Counted from the stretch's first letter, positions 38,045-49,248 are shown. The stretch: 64,000 nucleotides of DNA from Calditrichales bacterium (GCA_965267575.1 OZ254086.1:1696001-1760000); one strand, 5' to 3'. Translations and numbers: made by a program. Notes: generated from the sequence alone by a model not told the origin.

Positions 38045-39334
38045 TCAAGGCCCCTTATTGTCTTCCTTTACCTTTACCAGCAGGTATTTAAAAAAGACGG
38101 GTCCCATCAATTCATTCAGAACAACTGTGGCGATCAGAATTGTGCTGAGCTGTGTCCCGATCTCGCCGGGAAACGTGCGTTCGATTATTGTTGCCAGCCC
38201 GACGGCGATACCGGCCTGCCCAATGTAGCCCATCCAGGAGTAATGGCGCAATGCCTTGTCCCCGGAGACAGGCCGCATACCCAGATAGTTGCCCACGTAG
38301 AATAAAGCCAGCCGCGTAAAGACCAAAAAAAGCGTCAGCCATAATACATTCTGCAGATTTTCCAGGTGCAGGCCTGCGCCGGCAAAGGAGAAAAAGATGA
38401 TATATAGCGGCAGGGAGCTGCGCTCGATGCCGTTAACGAGAGCCTCGCCCTGTTTGGAATAATTCTCCACAAGAATGCCCGTTATCATCGCTGTAAGCAA
38501 AATTTCCATGCCGAAAAGCTGACTCAGCTCGGTCAACACAATCGCCATGCACAAAAGGAAAAGCCCGCGTTCCACATTTACATATTTCAGATACCAGATG
38601 ATGATCACCCCGACACCCGCGCCGGCCAGCAGGGAGCCGCCGAATTGCTGTGCCAGTTGATATAACAGCTCGCTGCCAAAACCGGAACCCGGTATCAGGT
38701 AATGTTTGGCCCAGGCCACGAAAACCGGAAAGAGCGCCACCACGGCGAAGGAGTTTAAAACAGTGACCGATAAAACGATTTCCGTAACGCGCCCTTTGGC
38801 CCGCAGCTCGGTGATGATGCCGATGACCGTTGCCGGCGACATGGAGATGGCCGTGGCCGAAAAGAGAATCGCAAAGCCAAGCAAATAGTCTTTATTCAGC
38901 GCGGCCAGAAAAGGGAAGAGGGGGGCCAGTGTAAGCAACAGAAAAAAGAGCCCCCAGAAAACAACAGCGATTTGCCCCACGAGCACAAAAAGCACCAGGC
39001 GCAGGTTGTTTTTGAGTCGGGAAAATCTAAGCTCGCCGCCGGCGGTGATGGCGATGAAGGCCAGTGCCAGGTTCTCCAGGAAGTGCAGACGCTCCAGCAT
39101 ATCATGCTCAAGAAAATTAAAGCCGGCCGGGCCGAGCACAATGCCCAGTGCCATGTAGCCGGTCAGTTTTGGAAGCTTTACGTTCTTGAGAAGTAAGGCC
39201 AGCAAATAGGCGCACACCAGCACGATTCCTGTCAATACGGTCGTTCTCGCGGCAATATTCTCCCGCTCGGTGGGCAGATAGTCCAGTGAAAAATAGAGCA
39301 GAATAAGAGCAAGAATTATTAATAATTTTTTCAT
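38045..39334 (-). CDS. Cation:proton antiporter (CPA2/Na_H_Exchanger)
   Basis: 'KLPKLTGY..LGIVLGP', 'ALAFIA..AGGEL', 'SPAT', 'FFSFAGA.L', 'QAGIAVGLA', 'NELMGP'. Confidence 0.88.
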   Translation of the reverse strand: MKKLLIILALILLYFSLDYLPTERENIAARTTVLTGIVLVCAYLLALLLKNVKLPKLTGYMALGIVLGPAGFNFLEHDMLERLHFLENLALAFIAITAGGELRFSRLKNNLRLVLFVLVGQIAVVFWGLFFLLLTLAPLFPFLAALNKDYLLGFAILFSATAISMSPATVIGIITELRAKGRVTEIVLSVTVLNSFAVVALFPVFVAWAKHYLIPGSGFGSELLYQLAQQFGGSLLAGAGVGVIIIWYLKYVNVERGLFLLCMAIVLTELSQLFGMEILLTAMITGILVENYSKQGEALVNGIERSSLPLYIIFFSFAGAGLHLENLQNVLWLTLFLVFTRLALFYVGNYLGMRPVSGDKALRHYSWMGYIGQAGIAVGLATIIERTFPGEIGTQLSTILIATVVLNELMGPVFFKYLLVKVKEDNKGP

Positions 39335-39350
39335 AATCGATTAAGGCTGT

Positions 39351-39725
39351 TCAATTCCGGTCATCCTGTTTGCGGCCATGGATAAATTCATAAACAAAGA
39401 GGGACAAAAAAAGAAGCGATAGTAAAGACATCAGTGCTTTTTGGCCATCGAGAGGGTCAGGGTCTGTTTCCATGATCCAGTCGTATGCCGCGCCAAGGGT
39501 TGTAACAAAAGCGATCAGCGTCACGATCGTTGCACCGTGCGAGGCGATAAGCCGCAGATCCTGCTTAAGGGCCAGTGCTGCAAGCAGCAGCAATAGTCCG
39601 CCAAACATGGCCGGGAAAAGCGTATTGGGGTTGCCGGGCTCTCCAAGCAGAAATGCAATGGCCAGCAGCAGCAGCGCGTAGATAAATATAAAAAGCGCCA
39701 TTCGTTTGGGAGGCGTCATATTCAA
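39351..39725 (-). CDS. Small 4-TM membrane protein
   Basis: Four hydrophobic segments; start overlaps the phzF-like stop. Confidence 0.7.
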   Translation of the reverse strand: MNMTPPKRMALFIFIYALLLLAIAFLLGEPGNPNTLFPAMFGGLLLLLAALALKQDLRLIASHGATIVTLIAFVTTLGAAYDWIMETDPDPLDGQKALMSLLSLLFLSLFVYEFIHGRKQDDRN

Positions 39726-40522
39726 ACCTCAACGGGGACGTTGATTTCACCTGTCATATACGTCACTGCCCGGCCGCCAATTTCTACCCGCTCTGCGAGA
39801 TTCCGGCAATACAGGGTCCCGCCGCGGGGCGAGACCTGGTGTGCCGTCAGGCGATCCTTGCCAAGGCGATCGGCCCAGTAGGGCACCAGCGCGCAATGTG
39901 CGGAGCCGGTAACGGGATCTTCCGGAATCCCGGCGTAGGCAGCGAAATAGCGCGACACAAAATCGAATGCCGTTCCGTTGCCCGGCGCGGTGATGATGAT
40001 GCCGGCGTCATCTATGCCGGCCAATTTTTCGAAATCAGGTTTAAAACCAATCACATCGTCGGCGGATTCAAACACGGCCATGTAATTAAGATCTTTGAAC
40101 AGGGCGGCGGGTTGCATGCCAAGCGCGTGTCCGATTTTTTCGTCGTCTTTGGCCGGGGCCGGATGACGGGCGGGAAAATTAAGAAGGATAAGGCCGTCTT
40201 TTTGGCTGACGGTTAATTTTCCGCTGAGGCTTTCGAAGGTTATTTGCGGTAGCTTAAAGCCCAGATGATTAAATAATACGTGGGCGCTGGCCAGGGTTGC
40301 GTGGCCGCACAGCTCCACTTCCACGGTTGGCGTAAACCAGCGTAGCTCAAATGTCTGCGCATCATTTTGTACAAAAAAAGCGGTTTCGGAAAGATTGTTT
40401 TCCTGGGCGATCTGCTGCATGGTTTTTGGTGTGAGCCATTTTTGCAGCGGCACCACTGCCGCCGGATTACCGCTAAACAAATCAGCGGTGAAAGCATCCA
40501 CCTGGTAAATAGGCAATCGCAT
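39722..40522 (-). CDS. PhzF-family isomerase/epimerase
   Basis: 'YQVDAF…GNPAAV', 'ENNLSETAF', 'RWFTP..EV.LCGHATLA', 'EDPVTGSAH'. Confidence 0.93.
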   Translation of the reverse strand: MRLPIYQVDAFTADLFSGNPAAVVPLQKWLTPKTMQQIAQENNLSETAFFVQNDAQTFELRWFTPTVEVELCGHATLASAHVLFNHLGFKLPQITFESLSGKLTVSQKDGLILLNFPARHPAPAKDDEKIGHALGMQPAALFKDLNYMAVFESADDVIGFKPDFEKLAGIDDAGIIITAPGNGTAFDFVSRYFAAYAGIPEDPVTGSAHCALVPYWADRLGKDRLTAHQVSPRGGTLYCRNLAERVEIGGRAVTYMTGEINVPVEV

Positions 40523-40763
40523 GTTTATTCTCCCGGGGATTTAAGCCGAATAAATGTTTTAATAGACGAACGGAATAAAATGCGCTAAATTTGGGAAAAA
40601 TTCTAACAAATTTTTGCTTTTACAGATTATCGCGTTTGCCACGATTACGGATCATTTACGATATCCGGCATTTTAATCAATAAAAGCCGGCTCACAAAGA
40701 GTGCGCTTTTGCTTTGATTGTTATCGTCACTATGTTTAACTGTTTCATTTGCCGAGCCCGTTT

Positions 40764-43700
40764 ATGTTGAGAATTTTGTTGATCGCAATGATGCTTTATG
40801 GCGCTTCCCAGGCCCAGGAGTATCGCTTTGAACATCTGATCCCCAAGGAGGGCATAAACCATAACCTTACCTATGCCATTTTGCAGGACAGTTATGGCTT
40901 TATGTGGTTCGGTACGTTTTACGGCCTCATCCGCTACGACGGGCATCAGTTTACCACCTACCGTCATATCCCCCTGGATTCCACTACGCTTTCGTCGGAT
41001 GATATCATTTCCCTGTATGAGGATGAAGAAGGCGCCATTTGGGTAGGAACCTGGTCCGGCGGGCTAAACCGCTTTGACCCCGTGCGCGAGGAGTTCCGGC
41101 AGTTCCGTCATGATCCTTCCGATCCGCTGAGCCTCAGCAGCGATGTAGTGTACGCCATATGTGAAGATAAAAAAGGCCGCCTGTGGGTAGGCACCGAAAA
41201 AGGCCTGGATCGTCTGGTGCCGGCGGAGGCGCCCGGTAACCCTTATGGCCGCTCCTATTTTGTACACTACCGCCACGAACCGGATAATCCCTTCTCGCTT
41301 AATAACAATCCTGTGCGCGCCTTGTACAGGGATAACCGCGGCAGGCTGTGGGTGGGTGTGTATGAAGGCGGTCTGCATTATTACGATGACGCTGCCGATC
41401 GTTTCATCCGGCTGGAAGAAGTGACCCATGACGGCAGCACCAGCATTGTTGCCATCCATGAGGATAACCAGAACAGGCTATGGGTAGGCACCTGGGGCGG
41501 CGGCCTGAAAAGGGTAGTCCCGCTGGAATCGGAGCCGGACACGATAATCGGTCTGCGCACCCGGCGCTTCCAACACGATCAAAGCGATCGCCACACGATA
41601 AGCAACGATTATATCTGGTCGATAGGAACAGATCGTAACGGCAACATCTGGGTCGGTTCTGACAACGGGCTGAACCGCTTTAACCCCGAGCGTGAAACAT
41701 TCGATCGCTATTACAGCGACAGCAACAATGCCAATACGATCTCCAGTAACAAGGTATCCGCCATTTACCTGGATCGTTCCGGTGTGCTGTGGATCGGAAC
41801 ATTTCGCGGCGGCATAGACAAGATCGTGCCCGACCAGAGTGAATTCGAGTATTTCCTGCATAACCCGTTTGACCCCAACAGCCTGATCGGTAAGAGCGTC
41901 AACGCCCTGCTGGAAGATGAGCGCGGACGCATTTGGGCGGGTACGTCGGGCGGCATAACGCAAATCTCAAAAAAAGACAAAGATTATAGTTACCGGCATC
42001 TGCGGCTGACGCTGAATTCTTCCACACAAAAAAGCGACAACTACATTACTTCCATGGTGCGCGATGAAAACGGCACCATATGGGCGGGCACCTATAACGG
42101 CCTCAAGTCCATATCGCCAAAAGGCCGGGTAAAGCATTATAACCTGCCGGTGCTGCCCGGAGAAAACGAGCAGGGCAATGTAGTCACCTCCCTGCTTCTG
42201 GACAGCAAAGGCTGGCTGTGGGTGGGCAGCATAACGCACGGTCTGAATATTTTTGACCGCAAAAGCAAAGTGTTCACATCTTTCCGCTATAATCCGGAGG
42301 ATTCATCTTCGCTGAGTTCCAATTATGTCATCTCCCTCTACGAGGACAAAGATGGTGTTGTCTGGGTTGGCACTTACAGCGGCCTGAATGCTCTGACGCT
42401 TTTGTCGCCGTCAATGGCACAGCCGCGTGTAGCCTTCGTGCGGGATATCCAAACGGTCTCGGGACGGAATAAAATCAACGATAATATTTTCTGCGTTTAT
42501 GAAGACAGCAAGCGGCGCCTTTGGGTGGGCACAAACGAAGGCCTTTACCGCTATGACAAAAAGGATCTTTCATTAAAACGGATCACCGAACAGGACGGGC
42601 TTTCCAGCAACGTGGTCAGCGCGGTAGTGGAAGACACGCTGGGCAATATCTGGATCAGCACGCACAAAGGTATTGTTAAACATCAGCCCGGCAAAGATTC
42701 TTACCATAACTATTATGCGCTGCATGGGCTTCAGGGTGATGTGTTTGTTTCCGGCTCCTATCTTAGAGACAGCGACGGTAAGATCTGGTTTGGTGGCATC
42801 AACGGACTCAATTGCTTCAACCCCAGCAATATCAGCAGTGCCGAAGACGGACCGGAGATCGTCTTTACGTCCTTCAGGGTTTTCAGCCGTGAGAAAAAGT
42901 TTGACAAAATGCTCAACGAGCTTGAAGAAATAAGGCTCAATCATGATGAAAATTTCTTTACGATAAATTTTGCTGCCATGGATTTCCGCATGCCCGAACG
43001 TAACCAATACTATTATTTCCTGGAGGGGTTTGACCGCGACTGGGTTTACAGCGGCACGCGCAATTATGCAAGCTATACCAACCTCGATCCGGGCAACTAT
43101 GTGTTTCATGTAAAAGCGGCCAACAGCGATGGCGTTTGGAATGAAAAGGGTGCCGAGATCGCGCTGATGATTGCGCCGCCGTTTTGGCTAACGTGGTGGT
43201 TTAAAAGTGCCATAGCTCTCGTTACGCTGGTGGCATTGCTGTTTATAATTTATCTGGTGCAGCGGCACGAAAAGCGCAAAACAGAATTGAACCGCAAGCT
43301 TTCGGAGTTGAAGCTGCAAGCCTTGCGTGCCCAAATGAATCCCCATTTTATTTTCAATACGATCAACTCAATCCAATACTTCATTTCCTGTAATGATCAG
43401 AAATCGGCCTTTTTGTACCTGTCAAAGTTCTCAAAGCTGATGCGCCAGACGCTGGAAAATTCGGAAAAATCGACGCTGCCGTTGCAGTCCGAGATTGAAA
43501 TGCTGCGTCTGTATCTGGACCTGCAGCGCCTGCGCTTTGAGAATAAGTTTGACTACTCCATTGAAGTAGATCCGGATATCGATGTGCACAACTGCGAGAT
43601 CCCGTCGATGCTTATCCAGCCCTATATCGAAAACGCGATTAACCACGGTATCAGTCACAAAGAGAGCAAGGGTCATTTACAGGTAGAACTGACGCGCAAC

Positions 43701-43940
43701 GGGGAAAAACTGATATGCACGGTGAAAGATGATGGCATCGGAATAAACGCGGGTTTGCGGCTGCGCCAGACGCGTCAGCAGGATCACACCTCATCCGGCA
43801 TGCGTCTTACCCGTGAGCGGCTGGACATCATCAATTCCGGCAAGCGCAACAACGTGTCAGTTTCCGTGGCCGACCTTGGCGAGGAAAATAATGGTTGCAG
43901 CGGAACGCGTGTTACTATTCATATACCAATGCATTTTTAG
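40764..43940 (+). CDS. Sensor histidine kinase with periplasmic beta-propellers, YYY domain and LytS-type kinase
   Basis: Many 'D..G.LW.GT..GL' repeats, 'ASYTNLDPGNYVFHVKA', TM 'PPFWLTWWF', 'LRAQMNPHFIFN.INSI', 'IQPYIENAI.HG', 'DDGIG'. Confidence 0.93.
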   Translation: MLRILLIAMMLYGASQAQEYRFEHLIPKEGINHNLTYAILQDSYGFMWFGTFYGLIRYDGHQFTTYRHIPLDSTTLSSDDIISLYEDEEGAIWVGTWSGGLNRFDPVREEFRQFRHDPSDPLSLSSDVVYAICEDKKGRLWVGTEKGLDRLVPAEAPGNPYGRSYFVHYRHEPDNPFSLNNNPVRALYRDNRGRLWVGVYEGGLHYYDDAADRFIRLEEVTHDGSTSIVAIHEDNQNRLWVGTWGGGLKRVVPLESEPDTIIGLRTRRFQHDQSDRHTISNDYIWSIGTDRNGNIWVGSDNGLNRFNPERETFDRYYSDSNNANTISSNKVSAIYLDRSGVLWIGTFRGGIDKIVPDQSEFEYFLHNPFDPNSLIGKSVNALLEDERGRIWAGTSGGITQISKKDKDYSYRHLRLTLNSSTQKSDNYITSMVRDENGTIWAGTYNGLKSISPKGRVKHYNLPVLPGENEQGNVVTSLLLDSKGWLWVGSITHGLNIFDRKSKVFTSFRYNPEDSSSLSSNYVISLYEDKDGVVWVGTYSGLNALTLLSPSMAQPRVAFVRDIQTVSGRNKINDNIFCVYEDSKRRLWVGTNEGLYRYDKKDLSLKRITEQDGLSSNVVSAVVEDTLGNIWISTHKGIVKHQPGKDSYHNYYALHGLQGDVFVSGSYLRDSDGKIWFGGINGLNCFNPSNISSAEDGPEIVFTSFRVFSREKKFDKMLNELEEIRLNHDENFFTINFAAMDFRMPERNQYYYFLEGFDRDWVYSGTRNYASYTNLDPGNYVFHVKAANSDGVWNEKGAEIALMIAPPFWLTWWFKSAIALVTLVALLFIIYLVQRHEKRKTELNRKLSELKLQALRAQMNPHFIFNTINSIQYFISCNDQKSAFLYLSKFSKLMRQTLENSEKSTLPLQSEIEMLRLYLDLQRLRFENKFDYSIEVDPDIDVHNCEIPSMLIQPYIENAINHGISHKESKGHLQVELTRNGEKLICTVKDDGIGINAGLRLRQTRQQDHTSSGMRLTRERLDIINSGKRNNVSVSVADLGEENNGCSGTRVTIHIPMHF

Positions 43941-43965
43941 AATCCTATAACGTTTGGGGGACCAT

Positions 43966-44754
43966 ATGATCAGAGCCGTTATTATCGATGATGAAGAAAA
44001 GAGCAGAATGCTGCTGCGCAATTTGCTGATAGATTACTGCCCGCAGGTGGAAGTGCTTGACATGGCTGATTCGGTCAAAAGCGGCCTGAAGCTCGTTCAG
44101 TCACACCGGCCCGATCTTATTTTTCTGGACATCGAAATGCCGGACGGAACAGGCTTTAATCTGCTGGAGCAACTGGATGACGCTCACCCCGAAGTTATAT
44201 TTACGACCGCCTATGACAAATATGCCATCCAGGCGATCCATTTCAGCGCGCTGGACTATTTGCTGAAGCCGATCAGCGTGGACGATCTTAAAAACGCGGT
44301 GGAGAAAGTGCAGCAGGAAATAGAGGCACGGCTGGAAAAGCAGTCTATGAATGAGAGCCTGCAGGTACTGCTGGAGAACAAGAAGGCCCAGGCAGGCAAT
44401 AAGAAGATCGGTCTGCCCACGCAGAGCGGGATCAACTTTGTTCACATCAAAAACATTGTCATGTGCAAGGCGGAAGGTAATTACAGTATTATTTACTTAT
44501 CGGACAGGCAGCATCAGGAGATTGTTTCGCGTACGCTGAAGGAGTTTGAGGATATGCTTTCGGAATTCAATTTTTTTCGCGTGCACCGCTCCTACCTTAT
44601 CAACCTGGAACACGTGAAAGAGTACAGCAGAACCAACCAGTCTTCGGATTATGACGGTGACGGGGGCAGCGTGATCATGATGAATAGTCTGCATGTCCCG
44701 GTTTCGAGGGACCGCCGCAAGCATTTGCTGGAGCGTTTTTCACGCCCGTTTTAA
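43966..44754 (+). CDS. LytTR-family response regulator
   Basis: Receiver 'IIDDE…FLDIEMP…FTTAYD…DYLLKP'; LytTR 'A.GNYS…FFRVHRSYLIN…PVSR'. Confidence 0.95.
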   Translation: MIRAVIIDDEEKSRMLLRNLLIDYCPQVEVLDMADSVKSGLKLVQSHRPDLIFLDIEMPDGTGFNLLEQLDDAHPEVIFTTAYDKYAIQAIHFSALDYLLKPISVDDLKNAVEKVQQEIEARLEKQSMNESLQVLLENKKAQAGNKKIGLPTQSGINFVHIKNIVMCKAEGNYSIIYLSDRQHQEIVSRTLKEFEDMLSEFNFFRVHRSYLINLEHVKEYSRTNQSSDYDGDGGSVIMMNSLHVPVSRDRRKHLLERFSRPF

Positions 44755-46787
44755 GCGCCGGAAGGGGCCTTTTCCTGGCTGTTGATGACACTGGACCAGT
44801 GCGCGATCGTCTCTTTTAGCTTTTGCGCGTCCACCGGCTTTGAAATATAATCAACCATACCGGCCTCAAAGCACATTTCCTTGTCCTGGTTCTCGGCGTT
44901 TGCCGTCATGGCGACTATTTTGGGCGCCGCCGCACCGCGCTCGCTGTACGTCTGCAATATATTTCTTGTGGCGGACAGTCCATCCAGCTCCGGCATTTCA
45001 ACATCCATAAATATGAGATCGTATTTTTCCCTGCCTGCCATTTCCACGGCCTGAACACCGTCGAGTGCCACATCGATGTTGTAGCCGAGGCGCGCGGCAA
45101 GCTGGCTGATCAGTTTACGGTTGATGGAGTTGTCGTCCGCCAAAAGAATTTTAAGCGGCAGCGAACGGGTCTCCTCCTTCTGCGGATTATTACCGCTGCT
45201 TTGGCTGAATATTTCAAGCAGCATGGCGTAGAGCCGTCCCTGGTTAACGGGCTTTTTAAGCATGTTGGCCGTACCCGGCGAACCGTTCTCCCCGGCCAGA
45301 ATAATCTTTGGTAAATCGGCTGGGAAATGCCCGCTGCACGATTGCACCAGCTGCTCATCGATGAGAACAACATCCACCACATGTTGATGCAGCAGCATCC
45401 CGACCGTCTCGCAGTCCCCTGCGGATTTGGGCAGCATACCCCAGCCGTGGCATTGAACGGAAAGCATCCTGCGCGTTTCGGCTGTTTCATCTACAATCAG
45501 CACGTGTTTGTTTTTGAGAATGTGGCTTTTCTGCTGCTCGTAGAGCTGCTGCGCTTTTTCGCTTACCGTAAAAGGAATCTGCACAAAAACGGTGGTACCT
45601 CTGGATATTTCGCTTTCCAGCCAGATCTTGCCATCCATTCGCGTCACAAGCTGTCCGGCAATGGCCATGCCCAATCCGGACCCGCCAAAACGGTGCTCGC
45701 CCTTTTCAGCAATCCTCGAAAAGGGTTTAAAAATATAGCGTAATCTTTCCGGTGGAATACCCGGTCCGGTGTCGCTTAACAAAAACTGGATATCGCATTG
45801 GTCGCCTGCTTGCTGCACGCGGTAAACACGCAGGAAAACTTCCCCCTTGCGCGTATAGCGCAGTGCATTATCAAGGAGCTTTTCCAACACTTTGCGCAGC
45901 CTTTTTTCATCGCCAAGGATCGTATCCGGAACATCGGGCTCTATGATGTAGACCAGTTCAAGCTGCTTTTCTTCGGCCGCCGGCCGCTGCCTGTCGATAA
46001 GCTCATCGAGCATCGAGCGCAATGAGAAAAAGACGCGGTCCAGCTCCAGGCGCCCGGCCTCTATCTGGACATAGTCGAGAATATTTTCGATGATGGTTAC
46101 TAGGTTGTAGCCGCTTTTTTTTACGGATTTGAGATTGTCCTGCTGTTCCTGTACCAGGTGGCTCTCCAGCAGCAGGTCAGTCATCCCGATAACCCCGTTC
46201 AGGGAGGTGCGTATTTCATGACCCATGGCTGAGAGAAATTCGCTTTTAGAGCGTGACGCTGTCAGTGCTTCATCGCGCTGGTCCAGGATGGTGCTGTAAA
46301 GTTCGCTCAGTTTTCGGCGCATGGGTCTTAAAAAGAGGATCATCACGCCGTGCAGTGCCAGCAGCAGGGTAACAAAAATGATCAGATTTGTTTTTTGGAG
46401 CGCCTGCTGTGTGGATTGCTGCCTGGCGTTAAACGCGTTCAGGCTGTCAGCGGCAGCAGAAACGGCTTTGTCCAGTGCTTTGTTGAACTCTTCTGTTTGG
46501 GAGGCGCCGGCCGCTTCAGAGAGTTCCTGAAAGCCGAAATTTGCAAGGGCCGGATTTGCGGCCAATTCATAAAGGGAGCGCAGTTGGCCGGTTACGGGCA
46601 GCCCGTCATCAAGTGTGCTCAGGCGGGTAAGCAGGCGCGTGTAGATCTCACGGTCGCGGTTATAGGCATCTATATCGTTTAAAAAATTGTACTGGACAAT
46701 GAATTCAACAATCAGGATTAATACGATCAGCGCCATAGCGCTTACGTATTTGGCAGTTATATATCTGCTGATTTTTTTTTCGTTCAT
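44751..46787 (-). CDS. Hybrid sensor histidine kinase/response regulator (two receivers, first degenerate)
   Basis: Two TMs; 'KSEFLSAMGHEIRT', 'DTGPGI', 'GGSGLG'; receivers 'VLIVDE…VLID' and 'LLADDN…FMDVEMP…KP'. Confidence 0.93.
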   Translation of the reverse strand: MNEKKISRYITAKYVSAMALIVLILIVEFIVQYNFLNDIDAYNRDREIYTRLLTRLSTLDDGLPVTGQLRSLYELAANPALANFGFQELSEAAGASQTEEFNKALDKAVSAAADSLNAFNARQQSTQQALQKTNLIIFVTLLLALHGVMILFLRPMRRKLSELYSTILDQRDEALTASRSKSEFLSAMGHEIRTSLNGVIGMTDLLLESHLVQEQQDNLKSVKKSGYNLVTIIENILDYVQIEAGRLELDRVFFSLRSMLDELIDRQRPAAEEKQLELVYIIEPDVPDTILGDEKRLRKVLEKLLDNALRYTRKGEVFLRVYRVQQAGDQCDIQFLLSDTGPGIPPERLRYIFKPFSRIAEKGEHRFGGSGLGMAIAGQLVTRMDGKIWLESEISRGTTVFVQIPFTVSEKAQQLYEQQKSHILKNKHVLIVDETAETRRMLSVQCHGWGMLPKSAGDCETVGMLLHQHVVDVVLIDEQLVQSCSGHFPADLPKIILAGENGSPGTANMLKKPVNQGRLYAMLLEIFSQSSGNNPQKEETRSLPLKILLADDNSINRKLISQLAARLGYNIDVALDGVQAVEMAGREKYDLIFMDVEMPELDGLSATRNILQTYSERGAAAPKIVAMTANAENQDKEMCFEAGMVDYISKPVDAQKLKETIAHWSSVINSQEKAPSGA

Positions 46788-46814
46788 TGATGCCTGTTGG
46801 TGCCTTTTTGTTAA

Positions 46815-46841
46815 AGTTCGGATTTACCGTCGAAGTCTTGA
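46815..46841 (-). promoter_or_regulatory. Candidate sigma28 (FliA) promoter
   Basis: TCAA-N15-TCCGAACT versus consensus TAAA-N15-GCCGATAA. Confidence 0.4.
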
Positions 46842-47242
46842 GAAAATGGTGGAGCGCATTGCCGGTCAATGGCGGAAATCAGCTTGTTGAAAAATGTATT
46901 CCGTTTAAACATCAAAGTGTGCGCTTTACTCAGTGGCGGTTATCAATCGCTTTTAAAAAGCTTATATATAAATCTCGCAGGGGAACAGTCCGCATTCGCG
47001 GTCCGGTTCGATCAACAAAAGGAGAAAAGGGTGCTTTTTAAAAGATCCGGACAAAAATATCCTGATGCCGCAAACATCTGCCCGGGGGATAACAAGGCAA
47101 ATGTGTTTCGGCAGATCGTAAACCGGGCCGCTTTGTTTTTTTTCAGATCCTTCAGGAACGGCTTCACTTTCCGCGATATGAGCCACTCTTTCCTGCTTAC
47201 ACTTATAACGATTGAATCTCTCTTTAACCTACTCTTCGATTT

Positions 47243-49222
47243 TTATTTTCTGTTCTGGACATCGTAAGCCCGGTACTGCGTCCAGTCCGACAGTACTTTC
47301 TTAAACTCCTCAAAAACGATAGGTTTGCTCAGGTAGTCATCCATGCCGGCCTGGAGGCAGCGTTCGCGGTCTCCCTCCATGGCATTGGCTGTGAGCGCGA
47401 TGATCGGAATGTGTTTGTCGCCCGTATCTTCAAGGCGGCGAATCGCGCGTGTGGCCTCATATCCATCCATGTCCGGCATTTGAATATCCATTAATATCAG
47501 ATCGTATTTTTCCCGTTTATAGGCATCTACGGCTTCCGCGCCATTTACCGCCAGGTCGCTTTCATATCCCAGCTTGTGGGTAAATCTTTTGGCCAGTTTC
47601 TGGTTAATGATATTGTCTTCCGCGATGAGTACCCGGTAGGTCCGCAGATCGCCGGGGTGTTCATTAGCGATTGCTTTAAGCTCATGGTCGCTTCTTTCCA
47701 GCTGTCCGGTGCGGATATGTTCCAGGGGAATTGAAAACCAGAAACAGGCGCCCTCGCCTTCATGACTTTCGATACCGATCTCACCATCCATCAGCTGGAC
47801 CAGGTGCCGGCAGATGGTTAGCCCGAGGCCGGTGCCGCCGTATTGCCGCGAGGTGCTTCCGTCGGCCTGGGTAAAGCTTTCAAAAATAAGCTGGTGCTTT
47901 TCACGGGCGATACCGATGCCCGTATCGTGAACCGCAAAGCGGACATTATACATTTGCATCTGCCAGCTCTCCGCAGAAACATCAAGGCTAACACCGCCTT
48001 TTTCCGTAAACTTGACCGCATTGCTGATCAGGTTTACCAATATCTGGCGCAAGCGGATGATGTCGCCGTTTAGGATAGCAGGAATGTTTTTATCGCGCGT
48101 AATTTTAAAGAAGATATTTTTTCTTTTTACGTGTGGTTCAAAAAAGAGCGCCAACTCCTCCAGAAGGTCGCTTAGCAAAAAGGGTGAATAAACCAGTTCC
48201 AGCCTTCCGGCTTCAATTTTTGAAATGTCCAGGATATCGTTGATGATACGCAGCAGCGATTCCGAACTGTTATGAATTATGCTTACCGATTCTGCCTGAT
48301 CCGGCGTAAGCGGCGTGTCAGACAATAAACGCGTCATACCGATAATGCCGTTCATCGGCGTGCGGATTTCATGGCTCATATTGGCCAGGAATTCCGACTT
48401 AAGTCGGTTGGCCTCTTCCGCCTGCCGGCGCTTTTCTTCCAGTTCGCGGTTGCTGTTTTGCAGCTCGATGGTCCTGTCCTTTACCATCGTCTCCAAATTG
48501 CGCGTATAGTGATTTATCTTCTGACGCTGCTTTTTCAGATCGATGATCATTTTATTGAATGCCCCTGCCAGATCGCCGATCTCATCGGTGCTTGTTTCAA
48601 AAATATGCACATCCATATCGCCCTCACCAATACGCCGGGCTGCGGCGGCCAATTTTTGGATAGGCCTGATGATGAGGTTGCTGAGCCCGTATACCGTGAG
48701 CAGCGTAAGCAGGAAAATGAGCCCAAGCATGGCAGTGAGAGTAAGCAGGTCTTCTTGTAACCGCGCGTTTAGCGGTGCGCTGCTCAGAGCCAGTTGCAGT
48801 GAACCATGGACATCACCGTCAATAGCATAAACGGGGACTTTTACCTGCAGGTATTCGTCGTTTATGTTTGCTTCCTGCAGGATTCTGAATTCAGAATAAC
48901 GTTTTCCAAGGTTGGGAGCATTGTAGGAAGCGACGGTGGAATCATTTTTATCGCGCACATATACAAACAGAATATCTTCGTTGCTGCGCGCTGTTTTGAG
49001 GACGTTTTTAATGTTTTCCAGGTCGTTGAATTCCAGGCCTACCGAAATTCCCTGTGCCAGAAGGTGCGCGTTGCTAAGGGCTTCGTTTCGCAATTGGTCA
49101 TGGCCGTAGTCCCAAAAGCGTTGCTGGAAATAGGCAAAAATGACAAGCGGCACGACCAGCACGAGCAAAGAAACCGGGAACAGCATTTTCTTTTTAAATG
49201 AAAGGCTATTGAACAATCGCAT
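47243..49222 (-). CDS. Hybrid sensor histidine kinase/response regulator with Cache/CHASE-like sensor and HAMP
   Basis: Two TMs, HAMP '[13 protein letters not shown]', '[18 protein letters not shown]', '[10 protein letters not shown]', receiver 'LMDIQMP'. ATG 49222 follows GAGG. Confidence 0.95.
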   Translation of the reverse strand: MRLFNSLSFKKKMLFPVSLLVLVVPLVIFAYFQQRFWDYGHDQLRNEALSNAHLLAQGISVGLEFNDLENIKNVLKTARSNEDILFVYVRDKNDSTVASYNAPNLGKRYSEFRILQEANINDEYLQVKVPVYAIDGDVHGSLQLALSSAPLNARLQEDLLTLTAMLGLIFLLTLLTVYGLSNLIIRPIQKLAAAARRIGEGDMDVHIFETSTDEIGDLAGAFNKMIIDLKKQRQKINHYTRNLETMVKDRTIELQNSNRELEEKRRQAEEANRLKSEFLANMSHEIRTPMNGIIGMTRLLSDTPLTPDQAESVSIIHNSSESLLRIINDILDISKIEAGRLELVYSPFLLSDLLEELALFFEPHVKRKNIFFKITRDKNIPAILNGDIIRLRQILVNLISNAVKFTEKGGVSLDVSAESWQMQMYNVRFAVHDTGIGIAREKHQLIFESFTQADGSTSRQYGGTGLGLTICRHLVQLMDGEIGIESHEGEGACFWFSIPLEHIRTGQLERSDHELKAIANEHPGDLRTYRVLIAEDNIINQKLAKRFTHKLGYESDLAVNGAEAVDAYKREKYDLILMDIQMPDMDGYEATRAIRRLEDTGDKHIPIIALTANAMEGDRERCLQAGMDDYLSKPIVFEEFKKVLSDWTQYRAYDVQNRK

Positions 49223-49248
49223 CCATTTCCTCAATCGATTTTAGGTCA

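Noticed and set aside
46788-47267. ORFs 46869-47267 (+) and 46962-47186 (-) in the spacer between the kinases
   Set aside because: No recognisable motifs; the plus-strand ORF overlaps the kinase 3' end in antisense. The 74-aa minus-strand ORF cannot be excluded but is unsupported.
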